A DNA stretch of 64,000 nt from Antechinus flavipes (Eukaryota): contig NC_067400.1 of NCBI RefSeq assembly GCF_016432865.1, positions 85,994,001-86,058,000 on the forward strand, read 5' to 3'. The stretch's first letter is position 1. Every line of letters begins with the position of its first letter. Shown piece by piece: positions 25,601 through 38,580 of this stretch. The notes under the pieces were generated by a model. The model did no database searches and was not told where the DNA came from. It saw only the letters and a list, made by a program, of their open reading frames with translations. The position numbers were made by a program, and so were the translations under genes.

Positions 25601-26929
25601 TGCTGGTATGAGAACCTGGCCTTAGGTATGACATTGCTTCTGTAAGAAACTATGTTCCAGGTTCCCAATATACTGACTTAAAAACCAGGTTGAAACACTA
25701 TATAAGATGGTGTAAGTTGTGAATTGCTGAAGTCCTGCTTGTTTTTTAAAAGTCTCTGACTGTGTTATTGGTTGCTGGGCCTCTTATTATCTCTCCATCA
25801 TGACCTCAGGAGCATGTTCCCTTATTCTTGTTTATAATCAGCCAGCTCACTTGGGTGGCTGTGTGGTCCAGTAGCACTAACATGGGATCTAATGAGAGGA
25901 TCTGGGTTTGTATCCTGCTTCTAATCTTTGCTGCCTTTGGGACCTTTGGGACCAGTACCACTTAGCCTCTCTAGAGTTTTTTCCTTTGGAAAATGAAAAA
26001 ATGAGATCAGGTGGTATCTGAGGTCCTCTGGGCTCTTTGTAGTTCCCATCTTGCCTGTGTATAATTTTTCCCCCCTTACCCAGATAAGTCTCCCTAAATT
26101 TTCCTTATTGAAATATATTTATGCTGGTTGTTTCTGACCATTTTCCAATCATCAATGCTATTTTTATTGTACCACTTTTTAAAAAATAGCATTTTTTCCC
26201 TAATTATATGTCAAGACAGTTTTTAAGCATTCATTTTTACAAGATTTTTAAATTCTATATTTTTCTCCTTCCTCACCTTTCTTTGTATTTAAAGATAATT
26301 TTGTGTAGATTATATATGTGTTGTCATGTAAAATTTATTTTCATAGTAATTACAGCTTTGAAAAGAAGAAGCAGTATACCACTTTCCAATCCTTTCTTCC
26401 TGGGTCTGAGCTACTGTGTAATTTATTTAGATTTTTGTCATTTGCAAAATTTAAAGAACCAATCAAAGAAGCAGACTGGAATTTAGTAAGCACTGATAGT
26501 GTACTAAATGTTAACAGTGATGGAAAGTGAGAAAATCTCTGCTCAGGAACTTATATTCTAACAGGGACAGCAAGTACATAGACAATCATAAAATGAAAGT
26601 GAACACACATGCCAAGTAGTTAAATTCAAAGTAATTTGGGAGGGGAATCATTACCTGTTGGGACCACCAGAAAAGATTTCATGCAGAAGGTGGTGCTTGA
26701 GCTAACCTCTTGTCTGTGTCTCTCCCTATCAGTTATTACCTATCCATCTTTATCTGCTTATTACCTGAATCTATCATATGTCCACATATCACTTGTCCAT
26801 TTGTCTATCTGGTCTCCATATACCTGTCACCCAACTTTATCTATTATCCCAATCCATCTCTTGCTACCTATCTTTTTTTTTTCCTCACTTATCAATTTCT
26901 TTGCCTATATTTATGAATCATAGAGGTGA

Positions 26930-27470
26930 TAATTATACCCATGGGAGTTGATAAGATTATTAATGGAGAATGTAGAGGAGGAGAAGAAGTTAGGATGAGA
27001 CCTTGGGGATCACCCAGTTAGGAGGTGTGAGATGGATGAGACCCAGTAAGTTAGGCAAATGGAGAACAAGCAGAGAGCAGTTTGGGAAAAACCCAAAGAG
27101 AAGAGAATTTGAAGGAGGAAAGGGTGGTCACCAGCGTCAGTTATGGCTGATAGGTAAAGATGGCTGAAGAAAAGGACTTGGGGGAAGATTGTTAGTAAGA
27201 TATTGTTGCTGACTTAAGAGAGAGAGTGCCATTGGGAATTATTGTAGAGAGTCGAGGAGAGAAAGTGAAGGTGACAAGTATATTTTTTCTGGGAGTCTAG
27301 TTGAGGAAGAGTGAAATAGGACAATTGCTTTTGAAAGGATGGTTGGGTTTGGTGTAGGTAGGGAGAGAGTGGACTATAGGGAAGGAACATGTTCAGAGGT
27401 TGGTTGTGTTTTTGTCAGACAACAAAAGGAGGAGAAAATAGGAAAGGATGTCAGGAGTAGGGGGTAGTTT
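26930..27470 (-). mobile_element. L2 fragment
   Basis: Purine-rich plus strand with gaggtgataatt...ccatgggagttgataagatt...ggatgagaccttgggg, typical of antisense L2 ORF2. Confidence 0.55.
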
Positions 27471-28016
27471 GAGATGAAGAGAATGGAAGAAGAATGAGCT
27501 TATATCAAAAGGCCTTTTTTTATATGTAAAGTAATATATAATTAAAATAGCGATATTAAATTAAGATTGTACTTTTCTCTTTCATTTTTCCAGTGCAAAT
27601 ATTAAACCAAAACCAGGAGCACACCTTTAAAAGCCTGCTTTTAAGTCTGTCTTCGATTTCATACCTCTTTATTGATAACTCAGTGTATAACCAAGTCATG
27701 ATCTCACCCATTCCATGGTTATATGCTCCCAGCCATATTTGCCCACTTTGACATGTATGCCAGCAGAGGGATCCTCGCCCAAGTCAGTATCAATCTTACA
27801 TTTTTTAGTATATCCCGTCTGTCTTTTATCATGGAAGGTTAATTATTCTGGCAAGATTGATTGCATAAATACTTTTCCCAACATTATTGCAGGTAAAGAA
27901 GTTAAACACAAATCTACAGTTTTTAGTTTCTCCTTCTTTTAGGAACTCGTTGAGAGTATTATGTAGAGAATACATACCTCTTGTTTTTATTTTTTATCCA
28001 TCTCTTAGAATATCTC

Positions 28017-28268
28017 AGCTAGGTGATTCAATGGATAGAAAGAGTACTGGACCTTGAGTCAAAAAGACTCAATTTTCCTGTGAGTTCAAATCCAGCCTCA
28101 GACATTTACTAGTGGTGTGATCCTGAGAAAGTCACTTAATCCTGTTTTCCTCAGTTTCCTCATTTGCAAAGTGAGCTGAAGAAGGAAATGGCAAATTATT
28201 TCAGAATTTTTGCCAAAAAAACCCTAAATGGGATCAGGCAGAGTTTGAGATAACTGAAAAGCAACTGA
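28017..28268 (+). mobile_element. Mar1-type marsupial SINE
   Basis: Head gctaggtgattcaatggatag...gagttcaaatccagcctcagaca, CORE cctcagtttcctcatttgcaaa, and RTE-like tail gaaggaaatggcaa...tttgccaaaaaaaccctaaatggg. Confidence 0.85.
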
Positions 28269-28419
28269 AGAATATCTCTGTAGAAGAAATAAAAAGCCTG
28301 TGGCTTAGTTGTCATTCTTTGATTTAAATAAATATTAATTAACTGCAAAAAATTTTTAGTGACTCAATCAATTTTAGATACTGAGAAATATTTTAGAAAT
28401 AATTGGAATTCTTTTGCAG

Positions 28420-28512
28420 AAACTTTCCAACCCGAGCCAATATTGAAAAGAAGAAGCTGTTACAGGAGGAGAAAGAGCAACGAGGAGAAGTATTGACGAC
28501 TACACAGTTTGG
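28420..28512 (+). CDS. NUFIP1: NUFIP1 exon 6
   Basis: ttttgcAG|...|GTGAGT. 93 nt, (K)NFPTRANIEKKKLLQEEKEQRGEVLTTTQF(G), versus the recalled human NYPTLANIERKKKLKLEKEKRGAVLTTTQYG. Confidence 0.96.
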
Positions 28513-29436
28513 GTGAGTATTTTTCTACTGAGTGCAGTTGCTCAATCCCTTCTATTTCCTTGTATTCCTTGTTACTTATTTTAATAGAATATATTTATAG
28601 ATAGTAAGCGTAATCTTCACCGGTGCCAAAAGTTCTCTAGTCCTTTGCCATTCAGTTTGTTATAACGTCTTTCCTGAAACTACTGAGACTTTATTCTTAA
28701 TTTGCTGTTTAAAAAAAAAAAAAAGTTTCTCATTGGCCTAGCGGCTAGACTAGGGTTAAGCCCTAACCAATTCAGATAAATGACACTGAAATTGAACCCA
28801 GCTCTTCCTGAATTCAAAGTCTGCTCTCTGCTCCCTGCTATGCTGTCTTTCATAAAAGGATGTATGATTATTGTACCGGGCATTTTAAGGTGTATAAAGT
28901 GCTTCAGATCATCTCATTTGAGTATCACAATGACCCCTTTGAAGTGGGGGCTCTGCCATGTATGTGATTCCCGTTTTACAGATGTACACAGCAAACTCTA
29001 GGAAGAGCTTCCTTTAGGACATTCCCTGTCATTAGATAACTAGTAAGTGTTTGAGGATTTGAACTCATGTCTTCTTGTCTAAGTTCAGCACTACCCACTA
29101 TGTCAGACTACTTCTGTTCATATTCTAAATATTATAGATCTAATATTGGAAATGTCCTTTGCAGGGAGGATGGAAATCTAGTTCAGTACCTTCATTTTAT
29201 AGGGAAATTTTGCTTAAGTAATAGGCAGTTTGGGGTACAGTAGGTAGATCACTGCACCTGGAGCAGGAAGATCTGAGTTCAAATGTGGCCTCTCGCACTT
29301 AATTAGCTAACCTCTTTCTGCCTCAGATTCCTGTAAAATGGGGAGCTACCTCCCAGGTTGTTGTGTGGATTAGATGAGGTCATGTTTCTAAAACATTTTA
29401 CAGGTTTTAAAGTGCTGTGTATGTCCTAGCTACTCT

Positions 29437-29590
29437 TAGTAGTGGTGGTGATGGTACTAGTAGCAACAGTAATAATAGTGGTGGTGGTAGAAGCACTGCT
29501 ACTAGTGATGGTAGTGGTAGTGGTTGTTAGCAGTAGTACCAATAGCAGTAGCTGCAGCAGTAAGTGGTAGTAGTAGTACCAATAGGAGTA
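29437..29590. repeat. Degenerate (TAG/TGG)n triplet repeat after a MIR
   Basis: agtagtggtggtgatggt... directly follows the MIR 3' end (about 29220-29430). Confidence 0.85.
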
Positions 29591-32500
29591 GTATTGCTCA
29601 GGGTCTCAGAGTAGGAAGGATTAGAAGTAAGAATTAACTCCAGCTGTCCTTCAAATCCGACTTCTTTCCAGTGTGTTAACTGGGACAAGTCATTTAAAAA
29701 TTCTTCAGATTCAGTTTCTTCTACTGTAAAATGTTCTAATGTTGAATTTCAAAGTATGACTTTAAAAGGAAGACATAGTGATGATAGATGTGCTTGTATA
29801 TGTGATGACAGGTCTTGGTACTTAATGTGACAGCGTCAGGTATAAAGGATCACATTTTTAGCACCATAAACTCAGCCTGCCATTTTCAACCGTTTGGGTT
29901 TTTTGATTGGTGAATTAGGGACAAAAAAAAAAAAAAAAAGATTCTGTAGTTGGAGAATTTAGCAGTTTATTTGCTTAGCAATTTATTTACTGATAAATAT
30001 GGTGGGATAAAATTCATCTTGTGCTTTTGTAGTTCTAATAGTGAATTGCATGTCACATTTAAGAAATATTAAGGTTTTAAGAAATTAAGAGTATTAACCA
30101 TTTGGATATATAAGTCTTGACTTTAGAAAGAAATCAACAGTGAATTTTGAATCCTTGATATTTATCCTTGGCTCTATCCCTTTTGTTTTCTATTACCTGC
30201 TCTCTCTAAGTCATGTAATGAGATTAATTCTCTAAGATACCTGAGAAATCAGTCCTCACTCTTTTATGGTCACTCCTAAAAATGTAACTTCTTTTCTTTG
30301 ATTTCCTAATACTGTCATAATAATCTTAAAGGTATCATTTACAGGGAGCCAGTCCTTTTGAAATAGTGCTCTGCTGAGACTTATTCGCTCCAATGAGATG
30401 GAAAAAAAGTGATCTTATGGTTGTTGGTTCCTTCCTTTCCCCAGGGGGGGAGACTGCCAGAACTTTTGTCAGGAGTACTCAGTATTGTTGCTTGGAAGCA
30501 TAGTTACAAGGGGGATGAGCTGTTGGCTGGCAAGGTGGATAGCCTCTTTGGAAAAATGTCTGGTAGACTTGAAAAAACGTAGAGTTTTCAGTCAGAGGGT
30601 CTGAATTGGAATCTATTACTTATGACCAATTCTTACTCGGACTGTGGGTTCAGGTTTTTTCCTCTGTAAGATGAAGAGATTAAGCTGTTCACTTCTAAAT
30701 CCCATTTTCATGCTAAGTCTGATTCTGGAGTCTGCTTTTCCTCTTTTTATATACTTTGTTTTAGAAGGTCAGTCTTTATAACTCCATGGGTTTTAAATGC
30801 AAATTCAAGCAGTTAGCCTTTTATTAGCCAACACTTTAATTCTCATATTTAGCATCTCATGGATTACGGTACAATCTACTTAGAGCAAGAATAGGAGAGT
30901 AATCTGGATTGGTAGAGAGACTGTCAGGAGCTAGAAGATAGGGGAGAGTGGTGGAGACAAAACTATGCTTTCACAATTTACTAGTCAGTAAGTCTTTGTT
31001 AAATGCCCAGTAAGTGCCAGGTACCATGCCAAGGAGGCAGTGAGGGTACAAAGAAAGGGAAAAGACAATCCCTGTCCCTGCCCTCAAGGAGCTCCAATCT
31101 GCTGGTGGGAGAGAATACATAAAAATAAAGCATAGAGGGCAGGGGAAGGTGGGTTGTCCTGCGCGGGAGTACAGGGAACTCTGCAGCAGGTGGGAGGTGA
31201 TGAGTTTGGATCTGGACAAGCTCTTGGTGGTCACGTATCCAGGGGCAGGTGACACTGAGGAGCTGTGAGTTTCCAAGTTGGTGTGATCTGGCTAGATCTG
31301 GATTTAGCCGTGCAGCTCACAGCCACCTTCATGTGAAGTGCTGATCCCCATGTTAGATCTGGGGGCGCGAAGGGGATGGGGCCTGCACTAGACCAGGCTC
31401 GTTCTGAGTCCTCTCTGAGGGCCTTGAAGTTTGGTGGGCTTGGGACGAAGGTTGGCCCAGCCTGGTGATGGTGTGTTCACTAGAGTGGGGGCCACCCTGC
31501 CATTACGGCACAGTCTGTGCTGCTTGGTGACCCCGGGTGAGTCAGATCAGCCCTTTGGGGGAGACGAGCCCAGAGAAAGGACAGCCTCGCCCAACTAACC
31601 TGCAGGGTTGGTAGCCAGGTTCACACCCACCATTTGGCTGTCTTCATCCCAAAGGAACTCACAGTTCGTAGTAAGACTCTCCAGATGCAGGTCATCCTCC
31701 AGCCCTCCTGTGCAGCAGGGCCTTCCTGGGGACGCGCCTCCCAAGCAGATCCTTATTCAGCTTCTCTAGATGCTACGGCTCATCCAGGACCAGGAACATC
31801 GGCTGGTCCCTGTGCCCCGTGTGGTGACAGAGGGGACAGGGTAAGCTCCGGGTATCCAGCACCCAGGCACGAGGGGAGCTGATGATCCTCAGGGAGACGC
31901 CAGACCTCATTGATGGGCCCACCTCAGGACCTAGGGAATAGGGCCTTCCTTCTATTCTGGTTATTTACAGGCATCTTCTCCCAAGGAAGGGAGCGTGTAT
32001 TTCTGTTCTCTGAAGATGAGGAGTTACTGTACCTTTTTGTGTCTGTTTGGGGTTAATAAAAGGGTGGTTTATATCATGGAGTCAGATACTAATTAGTGTT
32101 AATCATGAGAGGTTCCTCATTGGATATACAAAATTGCATTGCTATCCTCAGGCCTTATGACACTCACTTGTCATTTTTTTTAATCATAGAAAATGTCTGT
32201 GATGGATCTTGTTTAAAAAAAAAAGGCTTGGGTTGTAACACTTTGTGGCTATATTATTTACGTGTTCTTTGTTGATTGTTTTTATTTGCTTGTTTCTGTA
32301 AACTAGATAGATTTCATTTTTATGGGGAGTCCGTAGCAAGAGCCATTCTATTTTTCACTAGACCCATTCTTCCTCTCTCGTGGCCCAGTATGTGCCTCTC
32401 ATAGAGTAACACTTCACATTTAGTGCATTGAATTTCGCTGATCTGTCTGTCAACTACATTCTTACCTGTACTTTAAAAAGTTACTTTAAAGTAACTCAAG

Positions 32501-32824
32501 CGTCGTGAGATTAGCAGTGACCTCTCCACTTCTTCGGCCTTATTTTTTAAAAAGTTAAATATTTCATTTTGTTTCCAGCTCTTATTTTCTTGATATTAGT
32601 GTCCTTTTCATAATAAAATTCTATGCAGGGCACTAGGCTGAAGAGAAAAACTTTAGGTAAGATTAGTCCCTGCCTTCAGGAGGGTTTGCATTCTTGTAGA
32701 GAGGGGGCATCAGACACTATTTGGGTCTGGTGCTCAGAATTACATTTCTACCTAAGAAATGTATTTTAGAGAGTTAAAAACAAAATCCTTGTTATTAAAA
32801 AGTTCCACATTTTGTATCTGACAG

Positions 32825-33075
32825 AAAGATGCAGAGGAAGTGGAAACAGCATCCAAACGAAGCAGCCGGGAGGCATTCGTATGGGAGGCACAGGAAGTGG
32901 CAGAAGTGGCAGAAATGGCACGGAGGCTGGAAAATGCCAGAAACTGGTGAAAATATGGCCCGAGGAGCATCTCCTGCAGCCTCTCCAGGCAGCTGTCGAG
33001 CAGAAGAGCCGCATGAAGTCCAGACAGAGATCTATCAGAAGGATCCTCTGAGTGTGCTGGCTGACAGTGAGGCTG
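32825..33075 (+). CDS. NUFIP1: NUFIP1 exon 7 (divergent central region)
   Basis: ctgacAG|A AAG ATG...GAG GCT G|GTGAGG. 251 nt, KMQRKWKQH...QKDPLSVLADSEA. It keeps frame between exons 6 and 8, and DPLSVLADS resembles the recalled human DPLGVLINS. Confidence 0.88.
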
Positions 33076-35439
33076 GTGAGGTCCTAGGGGAAATGTGGGG
33101 GGATGTCAGTGCTCTTCCCTCCACTTCTATCACTTTTGTCCAGTGTTTATGGTTCTTGCTGTAACTTGAGTCCATCACCCATCAGCAGAGGGGTTACCTG
33201 ACTTAGGGTAGGTCTCTGGAACTCATCCTTGGTTATTGTATAAAGAATTATTTCCCCCACACTTCACTCCTCTCAGATCACATTTACCAAGGATCTCAGA
33301 AGAATAATTCTATTACATTAATATGCCACAGCTGGTTCAGTCATTCCCCAGTTATTAGGCTCCCTCTTAGCTTCTGGCTCCTCTCTGTCTCCTCTTTTTT
33401 CCTCTCTGATTGGCCACAGACAATCTGGTTTTGTGGAAAGGTGTAGTGAGTTTAGTTACTTGCTCGTTTTACAGATGAGAGGCCCAAGGAACAGAGAGGT
33501 TGATCAGCTCTCACGATCACCTGGCTGTGAACTTATCCTGGCTAGAATTTGAATGTGCCAGATGCCAGGCAGAGTGATGAGGCTCTTGCCTCAGATGGGG
33601 GCCCTTGAGATGTCCTCGTGCAGCCCTCTTTCCTAAATCTTCAGAGCAGAGAAAGGTGTCAGGTGCTGTTGAAGATGTAAAAGTAAATAAAGATCTACTT
33701 CTGGAGCCAGAGGGATCTTAGGGAGGATTTATCTAGCACTTCACTTTGCAGATGCTGAGAGGAAAAGTGATTGGTGTTTGTCCAGACCCAGGCCGGGCCC
33801 TGTCGCACCCTTTCTGATGCACCCGACTGTCCTCCCTAAAATTGACTTTCCCTTGCTGGCTTTTCCACCTAGCTTGTTGGGCTGGTAGACTGAATTGAGC
33901 TAGTTTTTGTTGCCCCATGACTACTTGGAAGAGGATGCCTGGGTTGGCTCAGGAGCTTGGTCAAGTCCTCAAAGGCACTGGGAGGAGCTGGGCTTCTTGA
34001 CCCTCGGGTGTGTCCTGGCCTCCTATGGATTTGACTTTTGGGTCGCCACTTACTGCCCAAGTAACCTTGGATAGGTCTGGTCTTATCTCTAGTCCTTAGA
34101 TTACTTATCTATAAAACGAGAGCCCACATAATCTCTTGGTGCCCTTGCCAGCTCTAAATACTATAAAATCACTCTCTAAAGAGGAAGGTGTAAATCTGGG
34201 ACACCTGGGAGAATTCTAGATGGCTGACAGGTTGAAGTTAACAATAATGAAAATCATAATAATTGTAGTAGTATCCCCTAGCATTTAGATAGGTTTGCCA
34301 AGTGCTTTGTATGTGTTACCTCAATTGATTTTCACAACAATTTAGGGAGGTGGTTTCTGTTATCTCCATTTTCCAAATAAGGAAACTGAGACCCAGAGAA
34401 GGGACTTGCCCAGTTATACCACTCAAAAGTGTCTGAGGCAACATTTGAACTCTGGTCTTCCCAACTCCAAACTATCCCTGTGCTTTGGCATCTTTGCCAT
34501 CCAACAAAACTGTTTATTCGTGTTTATCTGAAGCTTGATCATGTGGGCAAGGCTCTTACTCTGGACTTCTTGAAGCACTGGACACAGCTCGGAATCTCTC
34601 ATCTTGTCATCTGTGATTTGATAGGAGAGTCTTAAAAATATGGCTTTGTACTCCTGTTGGAATTTCTCCTTCCCATCATCTGTAGAAACAAGTCATTTTG
34701 GTTTGAGTTGAGGAGTCCCCCTGGCTGTTCCCTGGTGGGTTCTCCAAGGCCCTACTCCTAGCTGCCTGGCTCCCTGTTCACCTAGCAGGAGTCTGGGGCC
34801 ACATCCTGGCACAGAGAGCTCAGCAGGGCTGAGATTCTGTAGGCCTGGGGATTCTGGGGATCCAAGGACAGGCTGGCAGGCTGGGGCAAGTGCTCGAATC
34901 GGAGCCTCTGGTGGGTGCCAACTACATGCCTTTGGGCTTCTGAACCCCTCTAAACTACAGTTTCTCTGTTAATAAAGAAAAGGAGGCCGGGCTTCTAAAG
35001 AGGTCCTGTCCAGCCCTAGATCTGAAGGGGGCATAGTGTTGGCCTAGAACTCAGGCAGACTTTTAGTAGCTGTGTGACCCCAGGAATGGTACATTATATG
35101 GCTCAGTTTTCTCTTGTATTAAGTGGGAATAGTAATAGCATCTATCTCTCAAAGAAGTTAATTGGTGTAAAAGAGTGTAATGGCTGAACTGTTACTCTTA
35201 GTTTCTATTTGCTGGAAAGAGAATTGTTTGATTTGGTGGGAGAGTAGGCTGTGAAGAGGAAGGCCTATGGTGAGATAAGACTGGACAGGTTAACAACTAA
35301 TCAATAAAAGCATAATGTCAGGCCCACTCAACTGTACTCGGCCAGAGGCAGATGCAGGTAAAGATGCAGGTACTTATTTTCAGGTGCCATATTCTAAGGT
35401 GTTGGCAAATAGAAGGTAGCTATTGGGTTACCAATAACC

Positions 35440-35870
35440 CATTGGAGTTATTGAGGAGAAGCAAAACCATTTCCAATAAAAATTTGTTGACTAATTTAAG
35501 GATATTTAGCCCGGAGAAGAGAAGAATTAAGGGAGACATACTTAGCTGTCTTTGTTTACTCACCTGTATAATGTGGAGTTTGGGCTGGAGGCTGATCTCT
35601 AGGGGCCCTGTCCCTCTAAATCCTAGAAAATTATTCTCTCTGAAAGGTGAAGTAAATTACAGTCAGTGCACCGTAGTGGACTGCAGGAGATTGCCAACAG
35701 ATCTAGGAGTCTTAGCCCAGATATTTGCAGAGTTGAAGGATTCAGCTTGCCCCACTTAGCTCCAGAGAGCAAAGTTAAGGTCCAGGGGATGGAGGTCATA
35801 GGAAGGGCACATTTCAGACTTATTAGTAAAAGCTTCCTAACAAGTGAAACTGCTCTCAGAAATTCTGCAA
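35440..35870 (+). mobile_element. L3/CR1 3' fragment
   Basis: Translates LRIFSPEKRRIKGDI, versus the CR1 ORF2 motif LGLFSLEKRRLRGDL. Downstream gcacatttcagac...agcttcctaacaa resembles the L3 3' end. Confidence 0.6.
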
Positions 35871-38241
35871 TTCTATGATCCAATCCGTAGTATTTGATGA
35901 TCTACAGTATAGAAACATTGGAGGAGGGGAAGGACACAAATCTTTACTGGAGTGGGTAGGTGGAGGGAAAAGGGATCCTTACTTGGCCAAAATGGAATAC
36001 TCCCCACGAGCTTTCTATTCTTCATCTTTCACCATTCTAGCTCTTTCTGCCCCGTAATCCAGGGACAAGACAGACAGTGGTATAATGCGATTTGATCCTA
36101 TTATTTAATGTTCAGATGAGCATTGATGACAGCAGCATCAGACTAAGTATTCAGGGCCATCGGACTACAATAGAGTTAAGTCACTAAGGATGGAAAACTC
36201 CTGACGGTCTTGCTTATCCCAATTTCTTTTCTGATTGTTCTGACTGAGAATTTTATTCAGACTCTAAGAAGGACATTGATCCCCACAGCTTGGACCAGCT
36301 TACAGATTACCTAGAGGCTATTGTCTTCAGTTGATACTGTAAAAAATTTACTGCATTGGGAACAGGGCCTGACAAAATCTCTGCTAATGGAGTGCTTAGC
36401 ATTTTTCATTATAGTATATGAAGTCTTTGGCCAGATCTTATTCTAAAGTGTTTTTCCTTACTTCTGCTCATGCACATTCACATTTTAGTATCACAGCAAC
36501 ATGAAAGGAGATGAAAGCCTTAAATAGAGGGCTTGCATTTGGGCAGCATGGGAAACCTCTCTGGAAGCTCCTCTGAACTGAGTGGATTCTGCTCCCTAGA
36601 TGCGCAGAGGGCTAGAGGGATGAATGGGCTTCAGAAGTGTGCTGGCGACCTATGCCTTCACCCAGCTTGTGTGCAGTGCAGAGCATGTGTTCTCTATATA
36701 TAGTCATCTTTTACATCCCCATCTTGACTGAAAGTCCCTTCTACTTCATGAAGTTTTCCCTACTGCTATCTTCCTTCTATATCCCCTCCCCAAAGCCAGA
36801 GTGATCTCACTCCCTCTCTTTGTGTGACTTTCTGTTTTTGTCCTTCCCTTCTTCTTCACCCTTCCTCCCTCTTATTTCTTGGCACCTTTGCCATATTATT
36901 TATTTACATGCCTATCTCTAATAGACTGTAAGCTCCCATAATATAGAGATGGTATCTTATTTTTGATACCCCCATAGCACCCTGCACATATATGGTAGAT
37001 AAATAAATGTTGAATGATTGACCAACTGAATGTATTTCTGAGTTACCTTCTGGATACAACTTCTTAAATAGCTATAGTTATTTCACAGAACTCAATCATA
37101 AATAGAAAAAAAAAATCAGTATTTAAATCGCGTGAAAGAGATTTTTGCTACCAATATTCCAAAAGAGAAACTGAGTTTAAAAACTCACATATATATTATA
37201 GTGATGTGTTCTCAGTTGAGGTCAAATTAGATATTTGTCAGAAGCACTTAGCCCAGTACCTGGGATATAGTAGGCACTAAATAAATGCTTATTGCCTTTC
37301 CCATTCCTTCCATTGTAATTTTGTGTTTCAAAGAAATGAGAATGTTATTGGGTAAGGTATTTAAATATGTGTATTTTCTTTTTTACTCCACATAGGTTTT
37401 TAGCTTGTGAGAAGATGAATTAACTGTCCTGATGTTTTTGCCACCATCATTTCTATAATTTGACTTTCTCACCTAGTATTTTTAAAAGATTTAGGGTGTT
37501 GTTTTGTGTTTATTAAAAATGAGTGAAGATTGCTTTGCATTTTAAAAATGTTCTTAAGCTTGTCCTCATATATACTTATGAATAAAAACTTGAGCCTTCC
37601 AGTTTGACTCTCCTTAGGCCTTTGCTGTCTTAGAATGATACACGAGGGAACTAAAAAGCAGTTTGTATGTTTCCATTCTCACCTTGATAACTGCATAGGT
37701 TAAGTAATTTTGGCCCTGGCTTAAGCATCTAAGCCAGAAAACTTGTTTGTGGGATGTAGTGTGGGGCTAATAGTCTGTGACTGGACTCACTGTTGACTGT
37801 TGGAAATGCCCATTGTTTGGGGGTCTTGGAGATTCTTCCTAGTGATAATGACCCTGATGAGCTAGATCCTTCTTGGAAGGGACTTGCTGAACAGTGCTAA
37901 AAGGGAGCTAATATTGTTCAAGATGTTTCTCATGATTGAATATCTTCTTACTACTGGTGTATGTCTTTTGGGTTGTAGATCCTTTTGACAGTCTGATGGA
38001 ACCTGTGGACCCTCTTTGTCAGAATGGTGTAAAAGTGCTTCTGACAGTATAGAAATAGGAACTAGACTGTAAATTCATTGATAGATGAGAAAACCAATTT
38101 ATTACTGCAGTTAGGTACATTCTCTGCTACTTAGAGCATTTGAGATTTTCCCAGAGTCACTCAACCAACATGGGACCTATGCAGAACTTTGGAATCTAGG
38201 TCTCCCTAGAGCCAGAGGCCAACTCTTGATCTATTATTATA

Positions 38242-38435
38242 CTGGGACTTGAGCTTTTTCCACTTATGACCCCTTTTTACACAAGAAGTTTTTAAGTGAC
38301 CCTAGGCATATAGGTATATAAAATATAAAATAGGTAGGACTGAAATATTTATTGATGATAAATCATTATTTTGTGATTCCCTTATGAGTCGCAAACTTCA
38401 TAAGGGGTTGCAAACCACAGGTTAAAGGAGCTAAG
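38242..38435. mobile_element. Second copy of the hAT-type MITE
   Basis: Shares the internal motifs ctttttccac...gaccc...ggtatataggtatata...tgatgataaatca...cacaggttaaagga with the copy at 10027. Confidence 0.6.
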
Positions 38436-38438
38436 TAT

Positions 38439-38580
38439 GGGGCAGCTAAGTGACACAGTGGATAGAGCCACAGCCCTGAAGTCAGGAGGACCTGAGTTCA
38501 AATCTAATCTCAGACACTTAGCCCTTCCTGGCTGTGTGACCCTGGGCAAGTCACTTAACCCCAATTGCCTCAGGGAAAAA
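38439..38580 (+). mobile_element. WSINE1-like short SINE, well preserved
   Basis: ggggcagctaagtgacacagtggatagagc...aggaggacctgagttcaaatc...gctgtgtgaccctgggcaagtcacttaaccccaattgcctc plus an A-rich tail. Confidence 0.85.

Noticed and set aside
25408-25634. F/L/S-rich and K/E/R-rich ORFs on both strands
   Set aside because: Translation of a polypyrimidine tract.
29437-29590. Gly/Ser-rich reading of the triplet repeat
   Set aside because: A degenerate SINE-tail microsatellite with stops and no splice sites.
33076-33164. Continuation of the exon 7 ORF
   Set aside because: Intronic read-through after the GTGAGG donor.
35352-35759. 135-aa ORF
   Set aside because: It overlaps a decayed L3/CR1 fragment and is not a host gene.
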